Counted from the first letter of the stretch, positions 36,712-50,652 are shown. The stretch: DNA of 64,000 nucleotides from Callorhinchus milii (GCF_018977255.1 NW_024704742.1:118236001-118300000), one strand, 5' to 3'. Notes: generated from the sequence alone by a model not told the origin. Made by a program: numbers and translations.

Positions 36712-37038
36712 ACAATAATAATACTAATAATCCTTGCATTTGATATAGCGCTTTTCACGTCAGGAGGACGTCCCAAAGCGCTTCACAGAATACACTGTAA
36801 AGTGAATTGACTGTATATTTGTGGGCGAACGCGGCAGCCAATTGCGCACAGCAATGTCCCACAAACAGTCGTAGATTGAAAATGACCAATTTAATTATTG
36901 TTTTTGTTTTTTTGGAGGGATTATTATTAGGCGTGTGGAGTAAGGAAACTTGCCCAAGGTTTGGCCCTGCCTGGAACTGAACTCAGGTCTCTCGCTTGCA
37001 AAGCGAGTGCTCTAACCACTGAGCTACAGGACTCCACA
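36712..37038 (-). mobile_element. tRNA-Ala-like SINE, short subtype, full length
   Basis: Lacks the ~70-bp ttacctagcagt block (acgcct|aataataatccc junction); tail loop is L2-like (gggacgtcctcctgacgtgaaaagcgct). Confidence 0.88.
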
Positions 37039-38064
37039 ATGGAGGAAGAGGGCAATAAAGGAGTCAATACAAGTGACCCCACTTCAGAGTGTGCGTGTCG
37101 CTGAATAATCATGGAATAACACACTTGTTACCATGGAGACACCGATTGCTCCAAATGGCGCACATGAACAGAATGCAAATGCGTGTGGGAGAGGAAGCAA
37201 CAACAAGAAGAAAAATATAAGTTAAATGGAATACAGACTTCATAACTTAAAAATGTCTTGAATACAAATATTGAGACATAAATCACGCTACTTTCATGGC
37301 GAAAAACTAACACCACTGTCAAAGAAGCTCAGAAAATCATTCTTCATGTTTAAAGTTGGCAGCGCCCTCCTAATCCATAAAAGACGTATCATTTTCAAAG
37401 AATGTCCCATGACACACTCACTGGCTAAATGTGCGCTGCTGTTAATGGAAACAAACAGTCCAAATTGTCTGCAAAAACTCCACTCTGTATGCAAATCAAC
37501 ATAAAACAAGAAAATATAAATAATAATAATCCTTGTATTTGATGGAGCACTTTATCACACCATCTCAACATGTCAAACAGCTTCACAGGATTTATTGTAA
37601 GGCTCAGTGACTATGCATTTGTAGAGAACAAAAGAATGCAAATTGCCTTACAAGAAATTGGCAGCGTGCTTTAAATTGTGAAATGGTGGTGTTGAAGAAT
37701 GGAACATTTTTTCACATCGTGATTCATGTCACTTCTAAATACTCCAAGGTCAGGGCAGGCACAGGTCAGCCTGTGCTGGACAATGGCGCTCAGTCTCTCT
37801 TTATGAAAAGACCACCCTGCTGGATGTGAATGATATTTCCATTTGCAAATGTACCTTGGCTATGTTCAGACTGACCCACTATGGAAATGGCGTGTGTGCT
37901 AGGGCCACGTGTAACAAAATTCACCCAGGCAATGGAGCAATGGAAAGAGAAGCAGTCAGGGTCACTTCACTCCCAAACTCATGCCTCACCCATGAGCAGA
38001 TTTCAGAACTTTTCAGAAAAAAAATCAGAATTAAAAAAATATTCCCCTATTGTCTTGATATAAT

Positions 38065-38360
38065 AAAATAATCATCATTGTATTTGATATAGTGTTTTAA
38101 CACATTATCAAGATGTTTCAAAGCCCTTTATAGGGTTTCACTGTAAAGTGTAATGACTGTGTATTTTGTAGGTGAACTCAAGTCCCCAATTTGTGCACTT
38201 GTCCCACAAACAGCCATGAAGTGAATGACCAATTTTATCTTGGGGATTGTTAGTCAAGGCACTGGGAGAAACTTGCTTCTCTCTTTGAATCATCTGATGA
38301 GATTGTTAATGTCAACCTGAACAGGTTGATGAGACCCCGGTCTAATGTCTCATCCAAAAG
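38065..38360 (-). mobile_element. Deu-domain SINE fragment
   Basis: ttggatgagacattagaccgggg core on the reverse strand plus the shared tail. Confidence 0.7.
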
Positions 38361-39509
38361 ATGTATGGTGACATCAAGCACACATTAAATTAGTTAAGTC
38401 TTCCTTGGAAAGGTGTTTGATCACTGTTGTGGGGGCAAAATGGTATTTTGTTTTCATTCCAATTGAGCCCTATATTCCCCGCCTCTGTCTCAAAACACAC
38501 ACTTCTATGCAAATATTGCAATTCACAGACATTTCCATGAATAATATCAACATTTGGCCTTGCAAACTAGGCAGAAGTAAACTTTGTTTCCTTGCATTTG
38601 CTACAGCACCTTATCATGTCGTTGAGACTTCTAAAAGCGCTTCACAGAATATATTGTAAAGTGGATTGACTGTGTATTTTGTAAACGTTAGTGGTGTGAA
38701 AAATGACTCCAGCTCACCCTATCCTAGCCAGCTTCTTCCATCTACATGGGCATTGCCTTTTTTTTTAAATCCCATACAACCTAGATCTAATGCTAAAGAG
38801 ATTAGTTCTAAATTGACTGTGGAAACACAAGGTACTAAATCAAGGTGCTATTGGTTCATTAAGTAAATTTTAACACTCAGTTCATTTTCAAGTTGTTTGG
38901 ACTGGGTTTGAATCTACACAGTGAGAAAAGGTGGAAATATTACCTTCTGACAGGTCCTGTGTGCAAGTACCACGTTCATGTCCATTTACAATGAGCTGTG
39001 CTGAACTGGCCTGGGACCTTACGTGAATCTCTCTTGCATGCTTATCCCGTCCACCCCACAAAAAAAATACCTGAAAGGGTGAAGGTATTTTCTTACCATT
39101 CAGAAAGTAGATAAGGTTATTTGGTCAGCCTCTCACTCAGCTTTTCCGAATACAACCCAAGATATTGTTTTGAAAGAAATTAAAATATTGGAAAACTGAA
39201 CTGACAACTGGAGCTCCTGATCTCAAAATGGTAAAGACAACCTCGGCAAGATCATCCTCTACAGCTGATCAATAACTTTCGGAGAGAGATCTCCAATGCA
39301 ACATAATTGCCAAAAAGGTCATATGCTCAGTGAAGAAACTATAGTATTATAAATGTTTGAAGTCCTCAGTGCTAGATATAAATACAGTACAGTATAAGCA
39401 GCAAACAAAGTTTCTCCTACATCTAACTGGAAATGTCTGTACATAGAGGTACATTAGGAATTGATCATCAACATGTTGCACAATGGAAAGTCTTTACATT
39501 CTGTTGGTA

Positions 39510-39905
39510 GAGTTCTAACCTGAGTCAACAGGTTGTGGGTTCAAGGCCCATGTTGGGTCTTTGAGTTCATAGTACAGTCTGACAACCCAACACAAGGCAG
39601 GGGAGTGCATTCCTGGAAGTGCTGTTGTTCAGAAATTAAACCAAGAGCCTTGTCTGCCTGTTCAAGTGGGCGTTAAAGATCCCATGACACTATTTGACGT
39701 TAAATCAATTTTTTTCCTGGTTTCCTGACCAATAATCCTCCAGACAAAATTGGTCATTCTCTCCATGTGGGATATTGCTATGAGCAAATTAGTTGCCACG
39801 TTTGCTTACAAATACACAGTCATTACACTTAATAGTAATTACTGTGAAGCGCTTTGTGAGGTTTTGACAGTATAAGGACATCCAATGCAATGATGATTAT
39901 TATTG
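39510..39905 (+). mobile_element. Deu-domain SINE
   Basis: ctgagtcaacaggttgtgggttcaagg head; gcgttaaagatcccatgacactatttg core. Confidence 0.75.
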
Positions 39906-41779
39906 TTACTATTGAACTCCACAATCTGAGTACTGGATCAGACAATTCTAGTATTCACACTCACTCAAATGGCTTTCTCAGTGACCAGGAAAGCCAACAC
40001 TATAAACCTGTGAGAAGAAATGGAGCTCATACCACTAATGGCTGACCAGGGTTATGCAATTGATTTTGGCTGGACTCCAGGTCAGAGAAGCAAAGTTGCC
40101 AAATATATGGGAATCACTTTGCAGATTTCTGAAATCTTACCCAACCCCGCCCCAGAAGATGTGTAGAACAGTGACTAAGGAAGATGGGAATGTCTTGGTA
40201 CAAGCACCTTATAGCTCATCCAACCATCATCTCACCGTGGGAAATTTGGCATTTCTCCTGCACATTTCAGATACATGTAGGTACTAGAAAATGTGGTTTC
40301 TGTGAACTCAAGCTGTTTATATTGTGTTCACTTGGTTCTGTACAAACCTGTTACAATCAAAATGTGTACAAAATAAATAGAACATGTATTTGAACTCAAA
40401 TGAAAGTTTATTGCTCACTTCTGCAATATATTCTGGATTATCATACTTACTGGAATATTAAATAGGAAAGAAATGTCAACAAAGTAAATCTCCTCTGGCG
40501 TTAGGTAACTTTGCTACTGCAGCAGGTCACATCCAAAGCTGTTCCCTCTACTCTACTTTTGATTCAGCTACCAATAAAGCACAGGTCCAGACACTAATTG
40601 GCCCACACGATGATCCGTATATCAACAACAACAATTTGTATTTATGTAACCCTTTCATGTCGGAAGAACGTCCCAAGGCTCTGAATATCAAAGGTGTTGA
40701 CTACAATTGAACTGCTTGGGTTAGCAAGAGTAATGCTATTCCAGTAACTTACTGTATTTGAACATAAATGGTATCCCGTGGGGAATGTTCCGCACACGTA
40801 AGCACATTGATAGTTTCATACCAGATATTGGCTTAGTGTGCTTTGCTACAGCACAAGACTCTCCTGCATGACTTGGTTTACATCAGACATAAAAAATGTG
40901 GCAGTAAAATTCATACGTTAACCACAGTCTAAATTAAAGAAACGCTGGGTTATAATTTAAATCATAAGTTAATTGCACTTTGCCATTTTAGCCTTGCAAA
41001 ACAAAATTGATATACCTTATTTCGTTACAAGTGCATCTGTTGTCACACAATTCCAAGGATCTAAGTTACATAAAATGTTTCACCTCAAATACATAATTAA
41101 AGCTTTATTTTCCAAGCTAATATATGCATTGAAAAATGTTAATAAACACATTCCGCACTGTAACTTTACGTATTTCTGTTTAAAATGATTATCCCAGCGA
41201 CTAAGCTAACTCCAAATGAATATGATTACATAATACAGTACATTTCACATCAGAATATACTGTAAAGTGAACTGACTGTATGTTTTGTGGGCGAAATGCG
41301 ACAGCAATGTCACACAAACAGTCGTAGATTGAGCGACCAATGCTCTCACCCATTTCAGCTGAGCTGTGTTGCCCATCAGGAAGCTCGCAGGGAGTTTCTG
41401 GTACCTGCCATCCACCTAGTAAGGGTTCAAACCTGTCTTTGCCAGATGTCAAATGATCAACTTATGACTATTCTCCGGAGATGTGGTGGGGGGGGAGGGG
41501 GAGCTTAAGTGGGGTCTCCTTGGAGCTGAACTGGCTACAAGGTGACATGTTTGGCAATGCAATGTCAGAATTGAACTCTGTCGGACTTGGTAGTCCAGTT
41601 CCTGAGCGAGAAGGGTGCACAGTATTCCAGGGCAATGCTGATAGCAGATTAGCTGGGCTGGCTCACTGGCAGACCAGTCACTGGGGGCAGGGACTCTTTG
41701 CACTCAGTTCCCATTAACCCTGCTAGCCAAAGTCCTAATAGGTATGGTGGTCCTGCAATGTCTGAACGGGAAACCTTGC

Positions 41780-42070
41780 TCGACAGTGCGCTCAATGATG
41801 CGCTATGCAGTTTAGCTGGTTAGACTCCAGCAGTACCCTAACGCACACTCTGGGGTACCCAAACCAAGCCTTGGCTCTTGCCAACCTGCGTCTAATACTT
41901 TCCGGAATTATGTAAGCAGAATGCGTCCCTCCAGGGAGAGAATGTGCATTCCATTCCAATAAATATCACTGGGAATTTCATGGATACATGGAATTCTCAG
42001 TTTGGTTTGCATTTTCTTCAGCATGGTGATGGGTTTCCACATGTTTCAGATACCTGGGTAACCAAAATAA
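41780..42070 (+). mobile_element. Unclassified repeat family C (longest copy; may extend left toward ~41400)
   Basis: ctggttagactccagcagtaccctaac shared with the 33.6-kb copy; same 3' end gatacctgggtaaccaaaa. Confidence 0.65.
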
Positions 42071-43554
42071 ATCATCATTCAGCAAGTTTTTCTAATGAGC
42101 AAACGAGCCACAAGACTGAGATCCCAGATTTGATGCCCGATCTATACTGAATTTTCTGATGTGCCGATTGACAGGAAGGGAACAGCTGGAATCAATGCTC
42201 TAGTTCAAGGAGGGAAACATTCCCACTTCTGATCACAATTCTAAGTCTTCCCCCAGAGCTGCACATGTGTGGATGAGGTTAGGGTGAGTCATCATCACCT
42301 CCATCTCAATTCAGACCTGCAAATGCTTTATGTGTTGCCACTTGGTGAAACAGTGGGAGAGTGAAGGAATGGGGGTGGCGGGAACAGACTATGGAATTAT
42401 ACCACAGCAGAAGGAATAAAAAGGAGTCAGACATCTTCACGAAAGGAGAGAAAGGGAGAGAGTTGTAAAACCCAAGATGCAGAAAGCTGGCTAAAATTAT
42501 GAAATTGAAAGGAATGTGTGGTTTGGTGCTGTGGAATTTTATGATCGTTGGCGGGTTGAGACATGGGCAGAAGTGCTGACAGACGGGTTACACTGTGAAA
42601 TAATTCAACAAGTATTAAGCACTACAAGACGTGTATGCTGATATAACACTTGAAAGATATCATACGTCTCTGTACACATTTATCTAAGCTCAAAATACGT
42701 CTGTGTTTATGTTTACCAGGATAAGAACACAGCTCCCTTGGTTTGCTGATTAGACGTTCCTAGAATCCAAACTATTTTTGTCAATCATGATATCCCTCAG
42801 AACAATAAATACAGAGCCATGGATCCAAAGTCACTCTCCCACGTCCCCTTCCCCACCACCTATACATACAACTTACAAAATATTGCTGGAAGTGGTCTAG
42901 GAATTGAGTCAGAGGGGAAACCCAAATATGAGTCTTGTGACAATTAATGTAACAGGAAGAATCATGGTGAAAACTTACTTAGAAGTATAATGTCTGTTTT
43001 GAAAACATTGACATTTGGTAAAGCCTCAGATTTCTTTTCTAAATGGAGATGAAGGGCCAAGGCCCAGGGCTGTGTGCAGTGCAAGCAGGTGATCTGAAGA
43101 AAGCCAATAAGTGTGGAGTTGAGGCTCGTCTCCAACCCTACCTCTTTAACTGCGTTTTTATCCATCTTTCCCCACCCCACCCCCACTCCGGTACGCAGCC
43201 AATTTCTGTTAAGCGCTTTGGGATGTTCTTCCAATGTAAAAGGTGCTACACAAATGTAAATTTGTATTGTGTTTAATTCATCAGCTACAGAGTGGATAGG
43301 ATTGGATGCTAGTTGGAATGAGACATGGGTAGAATAATTGATACAGTTAACAAGTGCCAGCAACATCACCCCAATACTGGGAATCAGAGAGGCTTTGGAG
43401 ATTCACTGAATAACAAGCCAATGTGTCGGCTGATAAATTCTTCAAGTTCATTGCAAGATTGTAAAGGATCAGGGATGAATACCTGCCTAATAAATGGAAA
43501 AGAGTAACCATTACGTTGATGGTAGGCAACCACCAAGAATGATGAATTCAATAA

Positions 43555-43852
43555 TAGTATGAATAATAATCCTTGCATTGATATATTGCTTTTCACTTCT
43601 TCTAGATGTCTCAAAGCACTTCGCAGAATATACTGTAAAGTGAATTGATTGTATATTTGTGGGCGAAACACGGCAGCCAATTGCACACGGCAGTGTCACA
43701 CAAACAGTCGTGGATTGAAGTGACCAATTTATTATTGTTTTTTTCTTGAGGGATTATTATCAGGTGTGTGGAGTAAGGAAACTTGCCCAAAGTTTTGTCC
43801 TGCCAGGAGTCGAACCCAGGTCTCTTGCTTGTGAGGCGAGTGCTCTAACCAC
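43555..43852 (-). mobile_element. tRNA-Ala-like SINE, short subtype
   Basis: Same internal deletion junction as 36712-37038. Confidence 0.85.
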
Positions 43853-45593
43853 AATATAGGGTAAGTTACAATTCATAAGACAGAATTTGATGAGACGTAA
43901 AGTTGAAAGTCTGGCACTTCGCTGTGCTGGGTTGGGTTTTGTGACACGTGGTCGGTTTAAAAAAAACTTACATGCAACATAACATCCGTGAAAGTTAGTT
44001 TAATCTTGATTATATTTGTTTAATGAATATCCTGCAAAGGAAATGTATCTAAAATGCTGACTCAGGGGAGGAAATCGTGCACATGACAGAGGAAGGAAGC
44101 GATATTCCATTTTAAAAACTCACTTAACTTTGCATTCCTTGACTGGAACAAAGTTGCATGTTATATATGTATCTATAGCCAATTTTATCCTGTAAAGTGT
44201 TGCCACTGATAGCAATCATGCCTTCACTTGCAGCACACCAATACCTCCAGAAACAAGGACAACCACCTCAAGAGGCAGCAGCCCTGGAGACACCAATGTC
44301 AATGCTCACCTCTGCCACTGGTGTTGAAAAAGCAGCCCTCAAGAAAGTGATAACGTTAACAATATCTGTATTCATCTTGCAGTACAAATGGCATCTTCTA
44401 CAGAGAAAGCCATATACGACACTCACAAGACCTCAGCATCTACCCAGGATCACACGGTCTCACAAGTTGGCTGTCGTACAAGGGTTCTCTGCTCGAGGAT
44501 GTCTTTTTCTTCCTCTTTGGGTGTCACTGTTTCTGACCACAGGTGTGACCACTGTACATGGTCAGTGATACAATCTGTGCACTAAATCATTACTGTACAG
44601 TACTTCTGAGACCTTCAACATAGACAGCGTTATTAAAGTACAATATCTTTCTTCTCCACTATTGCCATGCTTAACCTGCACAAGCCACACCAATCTTAGC
44701 CATCTGGAAGAAACCTGATCAGTCTGCTACATGACAGTGGTGTAAGGAATCTGTGTTCTTGACTGGCCAACATATGTTCTGTACCTGTAGATGGAGATGC
44801 ATCAATGCAGGATGAGATTACCTTCTGACAAAAACAATCAACTTTTTTGTATGCCAATGTAAAAGATGATACAGAGACATTCAAAGCCTGACCCGACACA
44901 CCCACGTTCCCAGACTAGTCATTTGATCTTGTGACATACAGCAACTGTAGCACCTGAACCCATGTGATTATATTTGTGAATGAAGTATTTAAGTACAAAG
45001 AGCCCTGAGCTTCAAATTGGTTAGGATAATCAGGCATTAATGGATCCAGGTGCTTCCTGCCTGTTTGGTGGACATTTATAATCCCACGACACTATTCAAA
45101 CAGAGAAGTGAGTTTTTCTCGGTGCATTGGCCAACAACCCCCCGAGATAAATTGTTCATTCATCTCCTAGCTATTTGTGGTGCCTTGCTGTGCACAAATT
45201 GGCGCTGCATTTGCCTACAAATGCACTTGACAGCAATTAACTTGCAAAGTCCTGAGAGATATTTTAACATTAAAGTCACTATATGAAACCCAATGATTAT
45301 ATTTTCTTGATTATGATCTATTGGAGTGATCCTATTTCTTTGATCCTACAGAATACAGTCACAATCAATGTGCCTCAGACAAAAAGAGTTTAATTTATCA
45401 TCAGTTTTACCTATTGCTACACCATTTGCTAATTTGCAAACAATTTAATGAGATTTAAACTTCAAAAGACTCACACAAGAAACTTTATCAAATTTATTCT
45501 GCAAATCAAAGTAATTTATGGCCACTGGAAAGTTGGCTTTGAACAATAATTTCTTTGACTTTCTTCACAACACCTACTGATGTGTGATAAGAA

Positions 45594-45919
45594 GTAACAA
45601 AACGCAAAACACTGCAGATGCTGGAAATCTGAAACAAAAGGGGGGAATTGCAAAAACACTTCTATTCCCTGTTTTACAATCCCCCTCTTTGTTTTGCATC
45701 ATTAACACCTCTTTAACCCATCATCCCCTGTCCTCTACCCCATTTTCTCCTTTGTCTTCCTTGCCCTCTCTCCCCTCTCTGTTAGCCCTTAAAAGCCTCT
45801 CCCTCCCAACATGCCCCAACTCTGACAAAGGCTCGTGGGCTCGAAACGTTGACTCACTTTCCTTTCTCCATAGATGCTGCCTGACCTGCTGAGTGTTTCC
45901 AGCGACTTCTGTTTTTGCT
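45594..45919 (+). mobile_element. Penelope-like element remnant with 11-bp flanking direct repeat
   Basis: tgtgataagaa at 45583-45593 and 45920-45930. Contains ctgacaaagg...cgaaacgtt and gatgctgcctgacctgctgag...tccagc. The left end (cactgcagatgctggaaatctgaaac) is in inverted orientation, as is typical of PLE insertions. Confidence 0.7.
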
Positions 45920-46381
45920 TGTGATAAGAATTCTTGAGTTCAAACAATTGCATCTGGATTTTGATAACAATCTTTATCTGTGAACACTGGTGTAATAAAT
46001 ATATTCAATATATGTGCCATCTTCAGATCTTCAACACTGTAATCTAAGAGATGCGAAAGGATTATAACTACTGTAGTGAGTCCAACAGATAGCTGCATGT
46101 GGCCAACTGGATTGAGGCCAGAGGACACTCCTGCCAGCCTGTGGGAGATTGATGCCTGAGCCAAGTTCCCATCATGTTGGCCTCCAATACATTGTTCTAC
46201 TATCGATCTACTTGTACTAACAATTATTACTTGTGTTAACAAGTATTGTTGTAAAATAATTCCTCTGTTGTATTTTTAGTTACAATAAAAATACAAGGAC
46301 AAGTGTTGGAACAAGGAATTATAAAAGGTTTCAAAAAGGAAATAAACAGCTTCCTGGAAATGGCTGTAAAATGATTCAGTG

Positions 46382-46581
46382 CAATGGTGGCCAATCTTTT
46401 TGGTCGGCCAACAAACACATTTCCTTGATTGAATATTTCTTGATTTATGAAGGTAAATCAAGGCGTATTCAATCAAGAAAAAACTGGAAACAAAACATTG
46501 ATTTAAAACAGAATCATTTAGACTAGTGCAAATGTTTGGTGGGCCACTTCCGGCCCACGGGCCATAGATTAGCCATGATTG
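46382..46581. mobile_element. hAT-like MITE (~200 bp)
   Basis: Termini caatggtggccaatc...gattagccatgattg; flanks attcagtg / atttagtc (6/8 match, possible decayed 8-bp TSD). Homologous to 21899-22105. Confidence 0.65.
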
Positions 46582-48289
46582 ATTTAGTCACACTGACTGG
46601 TCCAGTCTATGTGAGATACAGTAGATGTGTTAAAACAAATGACTCTTTAGGCAAGCTGGGTGGATAGTCTCAATGGGGATAATGGTTCTATTCTTGCCTG
46701 AAACGGTTGTTGTGAGAGACAGGAGAAATATAATGGGAACAAGATACAGTATATACAGAAGCCAAAAAAAGCATAAAACCAGCCAAATAGAAAGAGATTA
46801 AAAAATACATTCACCAAAACTGTAATGAGACTATCCCTCCCTTGATTTTGCCATTTGCTACTCTGCCTGCTAATGATGCCCTGACTTTTCCTCCCACCCC
46901 ATGATTTGTTGCCCATGGGGTCAGCTCACCAACAGTGGGTTATTGTGAATTCACTACAGCCTAAAAAAAATCAATCTCAGCATTTTATTTTCATTCCGTA
47001 CCCTGACATAACTCTCAAAAAATTATTTTTCGCGTGATATTTAGTTTCAGTAGAAACCAAAGATGTGAATTGGAAGTGAGATTGTTGACCCAGCAGCATA
47101 TCAGAAGATCGAGCCGACTGGGATTCATGGTTTACAAATGTTTTGACAATCTCGCAATTTCCACTCCAAGGGTGCTACGGTCGGAGGTGGTAAACTACAC
47201 AACATTGGTAAACGACACAATTTTTTTTCAACAATATTATTGCCTTTGTATTCGGGTGCTTGGTGTCAAACTGCTTCCAACTTCAGCTTAGTTGAAGAGG
47301 CTTTACATTGATCAATCGCTGGCGTAATCTCCTCTGTGCTCCCAACCACACCATCATCTGCCTTTCATGCTAAGTGAAGAGAGGTAACTGGTGAAACTGA
47401 TGCGCTTAGTGTGGAAAGGAATGGAGACTGATGTGGTCTACAGATAAACCACCCTCTATTCAAACAAGCAGCTGCCAGAACAACCTGAGCGAGAGATCCC
47501 ATTACATCAAGGAGAATTGGGTTCACTGTACACGGCAACAAAATAACACTGTGAAAACAAAACCCCGCCTCACTGCACAAACCATAGCCACAGACGAGCA
47601 TGAACAACACACTCAGCTTCAAAGAAGCATTAACCCTTCATTCCAATGACCAGACAAGTTATCTCCATTCCTAGCATTTTATTTCTCTCGAGTCAGTTTC
47701 TTCGCTTCGATTCTAATAATAATAATATGAATCCTTGCATTCGATATAGCACCTTATCACATTGTTGAGATGACTCAAAGCATTTCACAGAATACACTGT
47801 AAAGTAAATTGACTATATTTTTGTGGGTGAAACGCTTGCAGCCAATTGTACACAACAGTGTCCCACACACAGTCGTGGATTGAGTGACAATTTCTTTTTG
47901 AAGAGATTATTACCTGTTACAGGATTCTAATACTCAGCTGTTACTGTGGGCAATATTATTAAAGGTAAATTTTCTGGAGACCTTGTGCAGAAAAGTAGGA
48001 AATCAGCAGAAGAATGGGAGGGTGGGGTGGGGGTGAGCATTAACAATTATTGTTTCTTCTTCAAGTTAAATACCTGAGCAAAAGGGCAGAATGTTAAAGA
48101 AACAGGAACAAAGTAGCAGCTTCTGAGTAAATGTTCCTACATATTCATTAATTTAATTTATTAGTTAGATGGTTATTCCTCCATCTGGCCTGACAAACCA
48201 TCACTGAACAAATTTCCGGCCATTTTGCCTCTGCCTCTCCCCACTCCCCCCCAAACTCTTGGGGACTCCATCAACAAATCCTCCACCTC

Positions 48290-48630
48290 ATCCCCTTCTC
48301 ACCTTTAAACCCCACCCTAGGATTTTCTTTAGACTGCACTTTTAGTCACCTTTTCCTCTCTCACTTTCACCTACTCCCAGCTCAGGCTCTCAGTCAGCTC
48401 TGTGAAGCACTTTGAGACATCCTCTCAATGTGAAAGGCACTATATAAATGTAAATTGTTGTTAGAATCATAGAATTATACAGCACAGAAGGAGGCCATTC
48501 AGCCCATTGTGTCTGTGCCGGCTCTTTGAAAAAAGCTACCAATCCAATCCCACTCCCCGCGTTCTCCCCATAGCCCTGCAAACTTGTCCTCCCCAAATAA
48601 TTATCTACTTCTTTCTTGAAAGTTGTATCG
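48290..48630. mobile_element. L2 tail (plus, to ~48462) abutting a CR1 tail (minus, from ~48463)
   Basis: aagcactttgagacatcc...ctatataaatgtaaattgttgtt followed directly by agaatcatagaattatacagcacagaaggaggccattcagccc. Confidence 0.7.
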
Positions 48631-49154
48631 AATGTTGGTTAATGGTTATGTATAAAAGACTCTTCCCAATAGCTCATAATAATATAATTCCTACCTTTGC
48701 ACCATTTGGCGTATATAATTTTGAGATATTAGACAACAAAGGATTGAATTGGTTTAGTTAAATATAATTTGTATTTATAACATTACATTGATTGAAAAGC
48801 AACTACCTGCTATAATTCAAATCATCTAAGTAGTAGACACATCGCCCATTGGGGTAACTAGGCTTATTTCATTCCTAGTCCACTCTTTTTTGACCTTCCC
48901 TCTGCTGTAAGTTATGATGCTTCCTTCTTCATCAGAGCAGTGAGTTGGCCACTGCTCTCAATAATGTCACTCTGAAAGGCTAATTGATGTTGCCTTTTGC
49001 GGAATTAATGCTAATGTTTCACTTTCTCTGAGGAGACCCATTCCCAGCCCATTCAGGTCCTGCAGCACAGTCAGGCAAAGGCTCTTCCAATGGCTCAGTA
49101 AGTAATTGTGTGCAGCACCGATTCAACACTGGCCTCTGTTGAATTAACTGATTT

Positions 49155-49445
49155 AATAATAATAGTAATCTTTGCATTTTATATATCACCTTATCATGTG
49201 GTTTAGATGTTTCAAAGCACTTCACAAAATATATTGTAAAATGGAATCACTGTATATTTTCTGGGTGAAACACGGCAACCAATTGCGCACAGCAATGTTC
49301 CACAAACAGTCGTGGATTGAGTGACCACATTTTTTTTGTTGCGGGATTATTACCCCTGGAAAGCGATACGCCAATCGACTAACATCCGGCTTCCTACTTA
49401 CTGCTAGGTAAGCAGAGGCGTGTGGAGAAAGGAAACTTGCCTAAG
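49155..49445 (-). mobile_element. tRNA-Ala-like SINE, long subtype, 5'-truncated
   Basis: Body and tail match 26677-27037. Confidence 0.85.
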
Positions 49446-50346
49446 ACAGAGGAGCAATGGGTCAGTACAACTAGTATTAGCTTTCCCCCAAACAAGGGGT
49501 TGGGAGAAGGAGATATCAGTTAGGGTTCCCATTCCTGAGCTCTCTCCAGCAATCCACACTGGCTAGTATGTACATGATCTCAGATGAGAACAGGACTGGG
49601 TTCGGTCGGCATTGATCCAGAAGAGGAGAGAGAAAACTTAGACTGATGGGGGGAAGAGATGAAAAATAGTCGAATAAACTCAGCCACTCAGGAGAACAGA
49701 ATTCCTCAAACATCTTTAAATAAAAAGTCCCCTTTAAAAGAAATAAAACATGGGAATAGGCAGATATGCTTTGGATTAAAAAAGCAAGTCATTCTTCAAA
49801 ATAGGAAAATCTGACTACGATTTCCAAGTAGAGGATTTAGAAGTTCAATATTTATAAAGAACAGACCACACCAGGGCCCCCTTTCTCTTAGAAACATATA
49901 TTAGCTTTGAGTTCGCTTGGATTTGAACTATTGGTGCATTATCAATCCTCGAAGTCCACCACCCACTTAGAGGAAGTATCTATCTCAAATCTGCTTCTTG
50001 TTAAGTTTCACCAGATGTAATAGAAGGACCACCAAGGACCACTAAGTGGTGGTCTGTTTACAAGCGAAGGTTTGAATGTCTTTGAGTCTCTAGTGATATA
50101 TGTAACACCCACTTGACACTTGAACAGTCAGGATACATTTGTAAATGTTCCCACTCTGCGACCAACAGGAGAGTTGCTGTTTCAAAACAGGAAACTTGAT
50201 ATAACTGTTGAAATCAATATTAGATATGTTACACTACTGACTGTCCCACCACTGATTGTAAATTGTACACATACTCTATAAATGAAACACGGTCATAAAT
50301 TCTTCTGGAGCGCAACTAATAAAATACAATTACACAGAGAATCATA

Positions 50347-50650
50347 GGATTCCTGTAGTTCAGTGGTTAGAGCTCTCACCTTGCAAGCGAGACACCTGGG
50401 TTCAATTCTAGGCAGAGCAAAACCTTGGGCAAGTTTCCTTACTCCATACGCCTGATAATAATCCCTCCAAAATAATACAATAATAAATTGGTCATTTTCA
50501 ATCCACGACTGTTTGTGGACACTGCTGTGCGCAATTGGCTGCCGCGTTTTGCCCACAAATATACGGTCAATTCACCTTACAGCTGTGAAGCTCTTAAGGA
50601 CGTCGAGAAGACATGAAAAGCGCTATATCAAAATGCAAGGATTATTTATT
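50347..50650 (+). mobile_element. tRNA-Ala-like SINE, short subtype
   Basis: Head ggattcctgtagttcagtggttagagc; junction acgcct|gataataatccc. Confidence 0.85.
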
Positions 50651-50652
50651 CT

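Noticed and set aside
41835..41845. CCCTAAC resembling a telomerase RNA template
   Set aside because: Only 7 nt, inside a multicopy repeat, with no other telomerase RNA features seen.
44191..44731. Possible solo LTR and 123-aa ORF (44197..44568)
   Set aside because: TG...CA ends and an ATTAAA can be found, but there is no target-site duplication, no second copy and no recognisable protein motif.
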